A DNA stretch of 64,000 nt. Source: Azolla caroliniana. Lineage: Eukaryota; Plantae; Polypodiophyta. The notes below the pieces were generated by a model, which was not told the origin of the DNA, made no database searches, and worked only from the letters and a program-made list of their open reading frames with translations. The position numbers and the translations under genes are program-made. Positions 1-10,830 of the stretch are shown one piece after another. Within the stretch, counting starts at the first letter, position 1; each line of letters begins with the position of its first letter. The stretch covers positions 20,894,001 through 20,958,000 of the forward strand of contig JBHGNT010000002.1 of NCBI GenBank assembly GCA_043228905.1, written 5' to 3'.

Positions 1-233
1 AAAGCATGTCGGCCATGGCGTTGTCCTTCCTGGAGATGTGCCATATCTCCAGATTTAGGGACTTGATGTACGCGATCCACTTGAGCATTGCCAGGTTCGG
101 AGTCGCGCATAACGAGAATCGGTAGGTAGTCCGTCTCGATTTTTACTTCCGTCCCTATAAGATAATCTTTGTCGGCCTTAACCGCCGAAACGATACCCCA
201 TAGTTCGCACTTAACTTGGGCATATCCTCGCTG

Positions 234-911
234 TCACTCACTGAGAACCTTCGCCCCAAATCGGACCTGGAACCGCTCGTCACTCTCGTCCTCTTGATTG
301 ATCACCCATCCGATTCCGGTCGGGCTTGTGTCAACGGTTACGTAGATGGGGACCTCCTTGCCGTAGACCGCCTTCCTGAGAGCCGGTGCTGCGGTAAGCG
401 CCTCGTTCAGTCTCCGGACCGACTCCGTATGCTCCTTGCCCCATTCAAATTTGCGCCCCTTCTTCAGCAACCCGTAAGGTGGTTCCGCGACGTGTGCGTA
501 GTGTGGAATCCAAATGTGGTAAAATGCGCACAGACCCAAGAACCTCTGCACTTCCGTAACCGACTTGCACTCTTCCTTCATTACGGAGATGGCTTCTATC
601 TTTGCTGGAGACGGTTTCCGGCTGTAGGGACCGCACAGGTGACCGACCACTAGGATCTCTGATTGGCCGAATGCCGATTTCTCCCTAGAGAAGGTGAGCT
701 GCGCGTCCTCTAGCCTTTGTAGCACCTTCTCGCAGCCATTAATGTGGTCCGCTACGAACCTCCGGCATCCGTCTGGCCCAACTGCCTCGTCCTTATCCTC
801 CACCGGACATCCTTTGATCAGGATGTCATCTAGGAATGGCATGGTGATGTCCGGGATGCAGTCCCTCAACACCTTGTTCATCGCATTCAACATGTGCGCC
901 ACCGAGTTCAT
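234..911 (-). pseudogene. pol: RT / RNase H fragment of element A
   Basis: ORF with MPFLDD, KSAFGQSEILVVGH and VDTSPTGIG; same family as the pol of C, G and H. Confidence 0.9.
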
Positions 912-928
912 CCCTCCTTGCGGCAGGG

Positions 929-1373
929 TGTCAGAACCAAGGATAAAAGATAGAGTGATGGAAGAAGGATATTAGAGAACACGAGAAGAAAGGAACCAAA
1001 TACTAAGAGAAGAATGGATGTATAAGATAGAGAAAGAAAGAGAATGGATACAAGATATATAATGAGAGCTAAAGATTGGTGTTGATTCGAATTGATTTGA
1101 GAATACATGTATGCCCTTATTTATAGGTTCCTATAGAATAGCTTAGAGATTTCTAGAATGTTCTAGAATGTTCTAGACCTAGAATGCTCTAGGACATTCT
1201 AGAACATTCTAGAATAATCTAGAGTTTTTACAATAATCAATGTAATACAAGAAGTAGCTTTTATTGTTTCATATAACAATAAACTATCTTAATGGTTGAA
1301 GTTTTCAAGTATGGATTACAAGGTTCGAGGTTCAAGTCCGGGTGACGCCATAAATGGTCATGTGTTCATGACA
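929..1373 (-). repeat. 3' LTR of element B
   Basis: TGTCAGAAC...GTTCATGACA, adjacent to minus-strand PPT GAAGGAGGGATAA (1374-1386); internal TTCTAGAA repeats at about 1150-1222. Confidence 0.85.
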
Positions 1374-1394
1374 TTATCCCTCCTTCGAGAACGC

Positions 1395-2373
1395 TGTCGT
1401 GAAGATCCGTCACTACGCGCGGATCGTGAGGCGGAACTGCCGGGGTTCTGGACCAGAAGGATTTAGAGTCGATACAAGCTTTGGCGAGAAAGTACTTAAG
1501 ATAGATTGGGAAAGAGAGAAGATGAGATTACACGATTGATTTGATAACGAATTCCTTCTTCTTAATTTTCATAAAAAAAAACCGTGTTTTTCTCCTCCCC
1601 CTTCCCTCTTTTATAGATGCTCTCATGCATATGATGCATGTGAGGGTACAAGACATGCATAAATTGCATGTTTGCCATTTGGCGCTTAAGTATTACATGT
1701 GGTGCATGCTAACCATGTCACTCACTTTAGCACTCATGGATGAGAATTTACATGTAAAAGTACAATGATAGAAATATAATTTCAACTAAATACTATGGCT
1801 TAATGGTAAGCCATTTGACTCCTAACTTGGAGGTGCAAGGTTCGAATCCATACTTGCCCTCCTTGTATATGTATATATTTTTATATATTTATTTTATCTA
1901 GTCGCCGGTTCGCTGGATACCGCCGCCGGATGCCGACGCCGGCAATACCGACGCCGACGCCGGATTGCGGTCGGATCACCGGCTCCATCGCCGGTCTGGT
2001 TTTGGTTGGCCAAAACCCTTTTCGAGTAGCTAGCCACCTCCACTCTAAGTTCAAGTTACCTTGAACTCTCTATGCTCCACACATAGACACAAAGATAATA
2101 TCTTTTGCTCCACCTTATATATGATGAGAGCCGTATTTGTCGTGCCTATGTGGGATATCTCACAATTTTCTCTTTTGTTTTCACAAACTTTACACCCTCA
2201 TATCTTGACATTTAGTTGTCCATTTCTCGTGTAATAAAGTGCATTCGAAACCTCCATCATTTTGTACTTAGATATTAAAAATGTTATCTTCACAATTATT
2301 GTATTACATGATTCATACTCGATTTTGTACGTTTTATGGGATTTTCACACTATTGCCGAAAATCTTCACGACA
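1395..2373 (-). repeat. 3' LTR of element C
   Basis: Direct repeat of 8155-9182; differs mainly in copy number of the GC-rich GCCGCCGGAT/GCCGAC microrepeat. Confidence 0.95.
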
Positions 2374-2445
2374 TCCACCCCCACCAAACCGCACGTCCTC
2401 CGGTACGTGCCAAGAAGAGAAGAAGTGAGATTTCGGCTACGATGA

Positions 2446-4281
2446 TCAATTAGATTCCTCCATGTCTTCATTTTCATCCGGCCTATTATATTCATCGTCG
2501 AGGTAATCGAGGTCAGGATCCTTGTCTTGTCTTTTCTTGAAAAGCTTTACTCTTTTTCCCGCAATGGGTACGGCCAACCTTGATCCGTCTAGTTCCGCAA
2601 GGTGGTATGTGGCATTATCGTTGGCACTTGTCACCACATACGACCCGAACCATCTTCTTGCGAACTTCCTTGTTGTACTATGTTGATTGTCAAGGGTGCT
2701 ATCGTAGACCAAAACCCAATCCCCTTCTTCAATCTTCTTGGGACGAAGTCGATGCGTGTTGTCGAACCGAACTTTGTTCTTTACTCGGGCTGCCTTCATC
2801 ATCTTTCGCGCTTTTTCTAAATCTTCAGGTCTTCTTTCAAGTTGCCTTATCCGCGCCGCTAATAACTCTTCTCGGCTCATCTCGTTCTCCCACGGTATCG
2901 CTACCCATGAGGCGATCGTCCTTTCGATGGGCATAATCGGCTTTTGTCCATACATAAGCTCCGTCGGCATATACCCTGTCACCGAGCTATGTGTCGTTCT
3001 ATCAGCCCACAAGGCATAAGGTAATAGTCGTGGCCAATTCCCGACTCGACCGTTGCATGCCCGTACGATGGCTTTAACGATAGGTCCATGCCCTCGCTCG
3101 ATCTTCCCATTTGCTTCCGGATTGTAGGCAGTCGTGAGGGAGAGCTTCACGCCTAGTCTTTCGAAGAGCTCCGTCGCTTCGTGCGCGTCCAACTCCCCTC
3201 GGTCGGCCACTATCTTCCCTACACATCCATATCGGCAAACAACATCTTCAAGTAAAAATTTACAAATGGCTGAAGTCGTCTTATTTGTCAAGGCTCGTCC
3301 TTCCACTTGATTTGTCAAGTCTTCCCTTGCGAGCGCTAAGTACTTCATTTGTCCCACTCCCATTGGCATCGAGACCAGATCCACCATCCATTTGAAGTGT
3401 ATGGTGAGTGGGTATGTCGGCTTTAACTCATCACGATGACGTATATTTGAATATACTTGGCAAGTTTCGCATGTGGACACGAAATGGAGTACATCTTTGT
3501 ACATGCTTGGCCACCAGTACTTCTCCTTCAACTTTTCGAACGTCGCCCATGTTCCTCTATGACCTGCCCAAGCACTCTCGTGGAATTCGGTCATCAGCGT
3601 CTCTTGTTCTTCTTTCTTTACCACCACTCGACGTGGTATTCCTGTCCTTCTTTTTGGATGTCGCCAAAGGAATCCTCCCTTCAAGAAGTATCGGTAAGCT
3701 TTCTTTCGGATTCGTAGGGCCTCCTCCTTTGTTAACGAAGTATCTGTCGTCAATGTTCTTAGGAATCTACCGATGAGTAACCATTCTCCTTCGTACTCGT
3801 TCTCGTTGAAGGCGTGGAGGGTTTGCGTGTCCTGGTCTTCCGCCGAAAATCGAGCCATCTTGAAGAAGTCGAGGGCGACATCTTCATCTTCCGAAACCAT
3901 GTTACTTCCATTTGAAAATCTTGCCCTCGACAGCATGTTAGCCATGGCGTTCTTCTTCCCTGCGATGTGACGGATCTCTGGGTTTAAAGACTTGATGTAG
4001 GCGATCCACCTTAGCATAGCAAGATCTGGGGTCGCACATCCCGAGACCATTCCGAGAATTGGGAGACAATCTGTCTCTATTATCACTTCTGACCCGATCA
4101 GGTAATCTTTGTCCGTCTTCACTGCCGACACAATACCCCAAAGTTCCCGCTTGACTTGGGCATATCTTTGTTGCTGTTCGCTAAGAACCTTTGCTCCGAA
4201 CCGGACGGCATATCGCGCATTATCTTCACCTTCTTGATTGATGACCCACCCGATTTCGGTTGGGCTCGTATCTACGGTCAC
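2446..4281 (-). CDS. pol: RNase H + integrase part of pol, element C
   Basis: 611 aa: VDTSPT (RH), HESAWAGH...CETCQ (HHCC), WMVDLV / ADRGE / NPEANGKIERGH (DDE). Confidence 0.9.
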   Translation of the reverse strand: MTVDTSPTEIGWVINQEGEDNARYAVRFGAKVLSEQQQRYAQVKRELWGIVSAVKTDKDYLIGSEVIIETDCLPILGMVSGCATPDLAMLRWIAYIKSLNPEIRHIAGKKNAMANMLSRARFSNGSNMVSEDEDVALDFFKMARFSAEDQDTQTLHAFNENEYEGEWLLIGRFLRTLTTDTSLTKEEALRIRKKAYRYFLKGGFLWRHPKRRTGIPRRVVVKKEEQETLMTEFHESAWAGHRGTWATFEKLKEKYWWPSMYKDVLHFVSTCETCQVYSNIRHRDELKPTYPLTIHFKWMVDLVSMPMGVGQMKYLALAREDLTNQVEGRALTNKTTSAICKFLLEDVVCRYGCVGKIVADRGELDAHEATELFERLGVKLSLTTAYNPEANGKIERGHGPIVKAIVRACNGRVGNWPRLLPYALWADRTTHSSVTGYMPTELMYGQKPIMPIERTIASWVAIPWENEMSREELLAARIRQLERRPEDLEKARKMMKAARVKNKVRFDNTHRLRPKKIEEGDWVLVYDSTLDNQHSTTRKFARRWFGSYVVTSANDNATYHLAELDGSRLAVPIAGKRVKLFKKRQDKDPDLDYLDDEYNRPDENEDMEESN

Positions 4282-5817
4282 GTAAATTGGTTTCCCTTCG
4301 GCATAGTCGGCCTTAGTGCCGGAGCTTCAAGAAGCAGTTTCTTTAATCTTCGCATCGCCTCTGTGTGCTCGTCTCGCCATTCGAACTTTATTCTTTTCTT
4401 TAGTAGTCCATATAACGGTTCGGCCACATGAGCGTAGTGAGGAATCCATATATGATAAAACGCGCACGCTCCAAGGAACCTTCGAACCTCCGTTTGGTTT
4501 TCGCATTCTTCTTTCATGTCTTGGATTGCGTTCACTTTGGATGGCGAGGGCTTCCGGCCGTATGCTCCACACAAGTGACCTACCACCAAGATCTTCGGTT
4601 GCCCGAATGCGAATTTTTCTCCCGAAAATGTCAAATTCGCATCTTCGAGCCTTTGAAGCACCTTCTCGCAAACTTTCATATGATCCGCAATGAACTTCCT
4701 ACAACCTTCCTTATCTTTCGATTCATCTTTCTCCTCATCTGAACATCCTTTTATCGGAATATCATCCAAGAATGGCATCGTGATGTCCGGAATGCAATCC
4801 TTCAAGACTTTATTCATGGCATTCACCATATCAGCCACCGAGTTCGTTGCGCCTTGGGGTAAGGTACACATCCGCACAAGCCTGATCGGAGTCCTCATGG
4901 TTGTAATGTCCCGACTGTCGATCGCCAATGGAGTAGATGGACCGGCCCGCAAACGCTTCGGCAAATTCGTCCACGCTCGGACCGATTCCGGCATTTCGAA
5001 TTGTCACCTTGTTGACGGGTTGAAGATCTTGGATGAATCGCAATGATCCATTCTTCTTCGGCACCGTGAACCACCTATTGGAATAAGGAGCATTCGACGG
5101 TTCTAGAATTCCCATACTCACCTTCTCCTTTAAGAGCTCGATCCGCTTCGGAAGGTGTGCTCTCGGAACTGGTATCGGTTTCAAATTCCAAGGCACATGA
5201 GGCACCATGAAGATCACCATTGGCTCTATAACCTTTGGGTCGGCGCATCCGATTTCTCGTGGGAAGAATGCGAAAGCTTTCCCATGTCTCTCAAGCATAT
5301 CGCGAAACATTTGCTCCTCTTCAGGGAGAAGGAAATCCTCCTTTCCAACTCGTAGCTTCCCCTTCGTCTCTTTGGTGAAGTCATGACCTATCTTCTTCGG
5401 ATCTCTTAAGCTTGGATCGTTAGCGACTTCCTTCATCTTTTGCCAGCTATCTTCCGGTAGCGGAACCGCAACTGGCTCGATCTTCTTATCCACTGTTTTA
5501 TATTTCGTGTTGATGTCAGCTTCATTCATCGAGATGCCACGGCGGTATTCATCGATGATAGCGTACATGTTGACGGAGTTAACCGAAATCACGCATTGGT
5601 TGTGAAGATAGCTCAAGTCCACGACGTCCTCGATTTCGCCGATGGTGTCGTTAAATGAGGCTTCTTCCATAATATGAGTCACGAACTCCCCTTCTTCTAT
5701 TATGTTCTCTTCTTTCAGCATCTTCTCGAATTCTTGTATCCGGTTCTTGTGCTTCTTGTCGGGTAGAACTAGTTTACATGCGCCACTAGGTGTGACACAT
5801 GTTGCTTCTCCTTGCAA
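4278..5817 (-). pseudogene. pol: Reverse transcriptase of element C, split by a small deletion/frameshift near 4920
   Basis: ORFs 4831-5817 (YSNRWFTVPKKNG, QDLQPVNK) and 4278-4994 (LPQGATNS, MPFLDD); the YSGYDQFQ segment seen in G and H is missing. Confidence 0.88.
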
Positions 5818-5891
5818 TCCACACGCTCTTCTTTCTTGTGGGGTCTTGTGATTGCTCGAACTATTTGTGCCCCATGCTTCAATAGTCCGCT

Positions 5892-6668
5892 CTAAAAATC
5901 CGAGGATTCGCCTCCGAGACTATCTCGATTCCTTTCATGATTGGCTCGCACTGTAAGGAATTGGACCGATATTTGGTTGTCAAGACTCTTTATTCGTGCG
6001 AAGGCTGCTCCATTATCGAACACTTTGGTCTCCATCCGAGATGATGTGATATAAGGTTGCCCTAGGATGACAGGATGCGACGCCGATTCTTGTACGAAGA
6101 AGTGTTGATCCATCTCCACATCCCCGATCGTGACTTTGACATTGGGACAAGCTCCGTACAAGTCCTCCGTAGACTTTGTTGCCGCGCGAATCTTCCATCC
6201 GTGGTTTGTATTGATTGTCCATCTTCCCTTTTTGTAGAAGTCGGTTGACATGAGGTTGATCTCTGAGCCGTGGTCGATCAAGGCTACGACGGTCTCTCTC
6301 TTCTCCCCGATCTTCACCGGCGTCTTCGTTGTTGCTCGTGCCCAATGAGGTCGAGTGTAGTGGCTGTCCACCATATCTTCATCGATTTCGTCTCTTGCCA
6401 TCGTTATGGCATTCGTTTTTGCTTTTTGCGGCTTCTCTTCTTCCTCGTCTGATTGTTGTCTCTTTCTCTTCACAAGGTCCACGATCGTGTCATGGAACTC
6501 CTTCTTCGTAATGCCAAGCAATTCCCTCAAGGACAAAGTTACGTGGCTATCAAGAACTCGTTCTTCGAGAATCTTCTTTAGGTCCGTTGTCTGCTCTATG
6601 TCCGACCTTAGCTTATAGGTAGGTATAGTCCTTGTCCTCCGAGTGGGGTCTTCGACACCAACCTTCAC
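5892..6668 (-). CDS. Aspartic protease region of element C
   Basis: LIDHGSEINLM active site and VILGQP; ends ...DF* at the GGATTTTTAG site. Confidence 0.88.
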   Translation of the reverse strand: MKVGVEDPTRRTRTIPTYKLRSDIEQTTDLKKILEERVLDSHVTLSLRELLGITKKEFHDTIVDLVKRKRQQSDEEEEKPQKAKTNAITMARDEIDEDMVDSHYTRPHWARATTKTPVKIGEKRETVVALIDHGSEINLMSTDFYKKGRWTINTNHGWKIRAATKSTEDLYGACPNVKVTIGDVEMDQHFFVQESASHPVILGQPYITSSRMETKVFDNGAAFARIKSLDNQISVQFLTVRANHERNRDSLGGESSDF

Positions 6669-6722
6669 GGGCCGAACCGTTTCTTCAACTCGTATGCTTG
6701 GCTCCCCTTTTCGGCTTGATTC

Positions 6723-8093
6723 TCATTCCTCCGTTTGTAAAGGTTGACTCGTCTCCGTATCGTCCTTCTTTTTCGCGTTCCTTGTTTCATGTCTTTTTGA
6801 TGGGCCTTGCTCTTCTATTCTCTTTCTCTTTTCTTCGACGAACACCTCGTGGTTGTCGCACATCACCTCTGCGAGTCTGGTGTTGTCGTCCACCGGATCC
6901 GACCACCCGGTTATGCTTTGCACGTTTCGGTCCGCAAGCTCTACCTCGTTCGATGTGACTTTTCCCTTCTCATATTCGAGAACGGAAGTCCAAAACTTTG
7001 CTCCCGCTCTAGTAGCTTCAGTCTTGTCTTTCCCGACTCTTATTCCGGCCGACGCAGCATAGTGCATTGCATCCACATGAGTCGCATCGGCATCCTCCAT
7101 AGATTTCTTCATTCCTCCTCTTCCGAAATTCACCCGTAGGGGTCTTCTAGTCTCGCTTGAGCAGATCATGTTGTCCTCTATGTATACGATATTTTGTCGA
7201 ATCGCCTCTCGAAGGCTCGCACAATCCCTTCTCATGTGGTCCATGCTATCGCACAACACGCATCTAAAGGGTTCTTTTCCTTTAGGGCCCCGACGATTCA
7301 TGTTGGCTAGAGTGACCTTCTCGAACTTCTTCGCTAGCTCTTCAATGATGTCGTCATCAATCTTCTTTTCTTCCACGTTACTTTGTCTCAGCGGCTCAGC
7401 TACTTTCGGCGGACTTGATTTCTCCGTGGTAGTCGGTCCCGTCAAGTCGGTGTCATCAACCCATTGGCGACGCTTGTCGAGCCTATTGCATGCCCGCTTC
7501 ACCGCAATCCAGTCCGCTACGAGCCCATTTGCTTGGGTATCATCTTCGAGAAGAGTCCCCAACTCCCGTCTATCCTTTATGTCCACGGCCTTCAAGAAGT
7601 ACAAAGTCTTGTCCTCTTCAAGCAACACTTGGTCCGTATTGGGGAGACGACTAAACATCTGGTCGAATTCGTCGTACACCCTCGAGACGCTCATCTTCTT
7701 ATTCTTCTTCTCTATCCACTTCATCAGGGCATGTCGAGTCATCCTCGTTGAGTCTTCAGTCACGAACTCCGCTAGTATCGTTTTCTCGAACTCAGACCAT
7801 GTTGTCTTTCCTTCTTGAAGCTCGATGACGCGTCTTTGGATGTTGTTGGCGACAACTCTCTTGAAGCTTGCGATTTGACGTGCCTCGGACACGTCCCTTT
7901 GATTCATCTCCCTCTTATATGCATCAAGGAACTTCGTAACGTTCCTTCCATCGAATTGGCCCTCGAGCTCTACGACACGATCGACAGCCTTCTCCACGCT
8001 CGCGTCGTTGTCCCGAGATCTCATCATTTGCTCGACGATTAGCATCATCCTTTCGAGCTCTCCTGCTTGGTTGCTTGAGGACGCCATCTCCAA
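6723..8093 (-). CDS. gag: Gag of element C
   Basis: 456 aa starting just after the PBS; FDGRNVTKFL motif and CVLCDSMDHMRRDC zinc knuckle. Confidence 0.9.
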   Translation of the reverse strand: MEMASSSNQAGELERMMLIVEQMMRSRDNDASVEKAVDRVVELEGQFDGRNVTKFLDAYKREMNQRDVSEARQIASFKRVVANNIQRRVIELQEGKTTWSEFEKTILAEFVTEDSTRMTRHALMKWIEKKNKKMSVSRVYDEFDQMFSRLPNTDQVLLEEDKTLYFLKAVDIKDRRELGTLLEDDTQANGLVADWIAVKRACNRLDKRRQWVDDTDLTGPTTTEKSSPPKVAEPLRQSNVEEKKIDDDIIEELAKKFEKVTLANMNRRGPKGKEPFRCVLCDSMDHMRRDCASLREAIRQNIVYIEDNMICSSETRRPLRVNFGRGGMKKSMEDADATHVDAMHYAASAGIRVGKDKTEATRAGAKFWTSVLEYEKGKVTSNEVELADRNVQSITGWSDPVDDNTRLAEVMCDNHEVFVEEKRKRIEEQGPSKRHETRNAKKKDDTETSQPLQTEE

Positions 8094-8129
8094 GTATTAA
8101 TCTCGACTTGATCCTTCCTACCGCCTCTT

Positions 8130-8146
8130 TCACGTCGGGTTCACCA
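8130..8146 (-). promoter_or_regulatory. Primer binding site complementary to the tRNA-Trp 3' end
   Basis: Minus strand TGGTGAACCCGACGTGA matches the plant tRNA-Trp 3' end TCACGTCGGGTTCACCA. The same PBS is at 17152-17168, 48116-48132 and 55549-55565 (1 mismatch), with a deleted remnant at about 61613-61623. Confidence 0.85.
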
Positions 8147-8154
8147 CTTAATTA

Positions 8155-9182
8155 TGTCGTGAAGATCCGTCACTACGCGCGGATCGTGAGGCGGAACCGC
8201 CGGGGTTCTGGACCAGAAGGATTTAGAGTCGATACAAACTTTGGCGAGAAAGTACTTAAGATAGATTGGGAAAGAGAGAAGATGAGATTACACGATTGAT
8301 TTGATAACGAATTCCTTCTTCTTAATTTTCATAAAAAAAAACCGTGTTTTTCTCCTCCCCCTTCCCTCTTTTATAGATGCTCTCATGCATATGATGCATG
8401 TGAGGGTACAAGACATGCATAAATTGCATGTTTGCCATTTGGCGCTTAAGTATTACATGTGGTGCATGCTAACCATGTCACTCATTTTAGCACTCATGGA
8501 TGAGAATTTACATGTAAAAGTACAATGATAGAAATATAATTTCAACTAAATACTATGGCTTAATGGTAAGCCATTTGACTCCTAACTTGGAGGTGCAAGG
8601 TTCGAATCCATACTTGCCCTCCTTGTATGTAAATATGTATATATTTTTATATATTTATTTTATCTAGTCGCCGGTTCGCCGGATGCCGACGCCGGATGCC
8701 GCCGCCGGATACCGGTGCCGCCGCTAGATGCCGACGCCGACGCCGGATACCGGTGCCGCATGCCGCCGCCGGATTGCGGTCGGATCACCGGCTCCATCGC
8801 CGGTCCGGTTTTGGTTGGCCAAAACCCTTTTCGAGTAGCTAGCCACCTCCACTCTAAGTTCAAGTTACCTTGAACTCTCTATGCTCCACACATAGACACA
8901 AAGATAATATCTTTTGCTCCACCTTATATATGATGAGAGCCGTATTTGTCGTGCCTATGTGGGATATCTCACAATTTTCTCTTTTCTTTTCACAAACTTT
9001 ATACCCTCATATCTTGACATTTAGTTGTCCATTTCTCGTGTAATAAAGTGCATTCGAAACCTCCATCATTTTGTACTTAGATATTAAAAATGTTATCTTC
9101 ACAATTATTGTATTACATGATTCATACTCGATTTTGTACGTTTTATGGGATTTTCACACTATTGCCGAAAATCTTCACGACA
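8155..9182 (-). repeat. 5' LTR of element C
   Basis: Direct repeat of 1395-2373, next to the PBS. Confidence 0.95.
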
Positions 9183-9186
9183 ACGC

Positions 9187-10186
9187 CGAGTGGAAGTCGG
9201 CGTTAACATTGTTGGGCCGGGCTTGTTTGGATAGTGACGATGGAAGTCGTTGACCAGAGCTTCAGCATTACAAACGTTATCAATGGGTTCCCAAGTGCGA
9301 TCATTCGGTGGATAACCAAGCCAATCAACTAGATAATAAAGCTTATTGCGCACAATCTTAGAATCGAGAATAGCAGCTACCTCGTATTCGGGGCCATCCA
9401 CAAGTTGTACAGAAGGCGGTGGTGGCACGACATGATTAGGGATTAAAGAGGTGCGGCAAGGTTCCAAAAGAGAGCTATGAAAGACAGGGTGAAGCCGCAT
9501 ATGTATAGGAAGGTTAAGACGAAATGTTGCATCATTAATCTGCGCCGTGATGACAAAAGGACCTAAGCGTTGATAGTCAAGCTTAGCACACGGTCGGGTA
9601 GTCTTGATGTGACGACGAAGCAACCATACACGGTCACCAACCTTAAACGGAGACTTAAGACGATGTCGATCGGCATTGGTCTTATGGTGTGCTTGCGCTT
9701 TCTGAAGATGGGACGATAACTCGAATTGGATTTGTTGTAGTCGGTGGAGGTGATGCGCCGCACTAGGGTTTCGTGACACTTCGGGAAGATCCAGTATACA
9801 CCATCGAGGGTGGTTGCCGGTGTAGGCAAAGAAAGGTGTAACTTTGGTAGAAGAGTGGACCGTGTTATTGTAAAATGTAAAATATTACTCCAATCATCTT
9901 GTTGATAACTAATGAAACATCGAAGATATTGCTTGAGCGTTTGATTTGTGCGCTCTGTTTGTCCGTCAGTTTGTGGATGATAAGCTGAAGAGAGTTTGCA
10001 AGAGATTTTGAGGCCTGCCCATAGGTGCTTCCAAACGTGTGAGATAAATTGAGGACCTCGATCGCTAATAATATCATTCGGGAGACCATGATGGCGAAAC
10101 ACTTCACGCATAATGAGATCTGCAGTTTCTTCACTATTGATGGTCTTCACACATGGTACAAAATGTGCCATCTTGGTGAACCGATC
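9187..10186 (-). pseudogene. pol: Integrase C-terminal half + chromodomain of element B (frameshifted)
   Basis: [42 protein letters not shown]; chromodomain EYEVAAILDS...YLVDWLGY...TWEP. Confidence 0.9.
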
Positions 10187-10830
10187 TGTGGAAGTGTTTT
10201 TAGAATTCAAGGTATTGAAGTCTACAAAAATATAAGGTATGGAGCATTCACACCCGAAGGCCAAGAACACGAGCTAAGGTTTCAAGTATAAGTCAAACTA
10301 AAAGCAAGAAAGATGGAGAAAAGTAAAAGAAGGAAAAAGCAGACCACCAAAAAGCAGTCAGAAACAAACGCTCATAACTCTCTCGTTTGACACCCAAATA
10401 TCACGTGTAAATATGGGTTAGAAAGCTTATGACGAGAACTATCCGTAGCTTTTTAAAACTCTAAATTTGGAGTATGGATGAGGGAGATATGACGATTAGA
10501 AGATCGTTGTGTCATAGATAAGAATAGGAGATGGAAAAGCTCTAAAAAAAGCGTGGAAAAGAAAGCAAGCGAAACTTATCTACTAGAGGAGAACTTCATA
10601 TAAAGCAAGAAGAGTGAGGTGGTGAAGGGGGCTTTTTTCTGGTGGTGTTTTTCTTGCCTATTCATGTAGTGCGTTTTTCTAGTGATCAATTCATCCTTGT
10701 AGGCTTGAGTTTATGTATCTTCTTTCTCTTGTTTCTATGATCATCACTCCTTATTAATATATCTTTGTAGATTTGGGTTTCTATATCTTCCTTCTCTCTC
10801 TTTTCTATCATCTTCTCTCTTTTCATTTTG
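10187..10830. mobile_element. Unrelated LTR-like fragment replacing the RH-IN junction of B
   Basis: Non-coding, begins TGTGGAAG exactly where B's integrase stops. B's RH end, HHCC and first catalytic D are absent. No TSD found. Confidence 0.45.

Larger units (their letters stand above)
1395..9182 (-). mobile_element. Full-length Gypsy element C (tRNA-Trp primed), inserted just upstream of the PPT of B
   Basis: Near-identical LTRs 1395-2373 and 8155-9182 (TGTCGTG...CACGACA), 4-bp TSD ACGC (1391-1394 / 9183-9186), PBS 8130-8146, PPT 2374-2385. Confidence 0.95.

Noticed and set aside
1541-1768. Short ORFs repeated in LTRs (also 8301-8528, 48371-48805)
   Set aside because: They recur only because the LTRs are duplicated; no coding signature.
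1796-1858. Functional tRNA genes in LTRs
   Set aside because: A and B boxes are present but no complete acceptor stem or canonical anticodon arm; kept only as tRNA-like modules.
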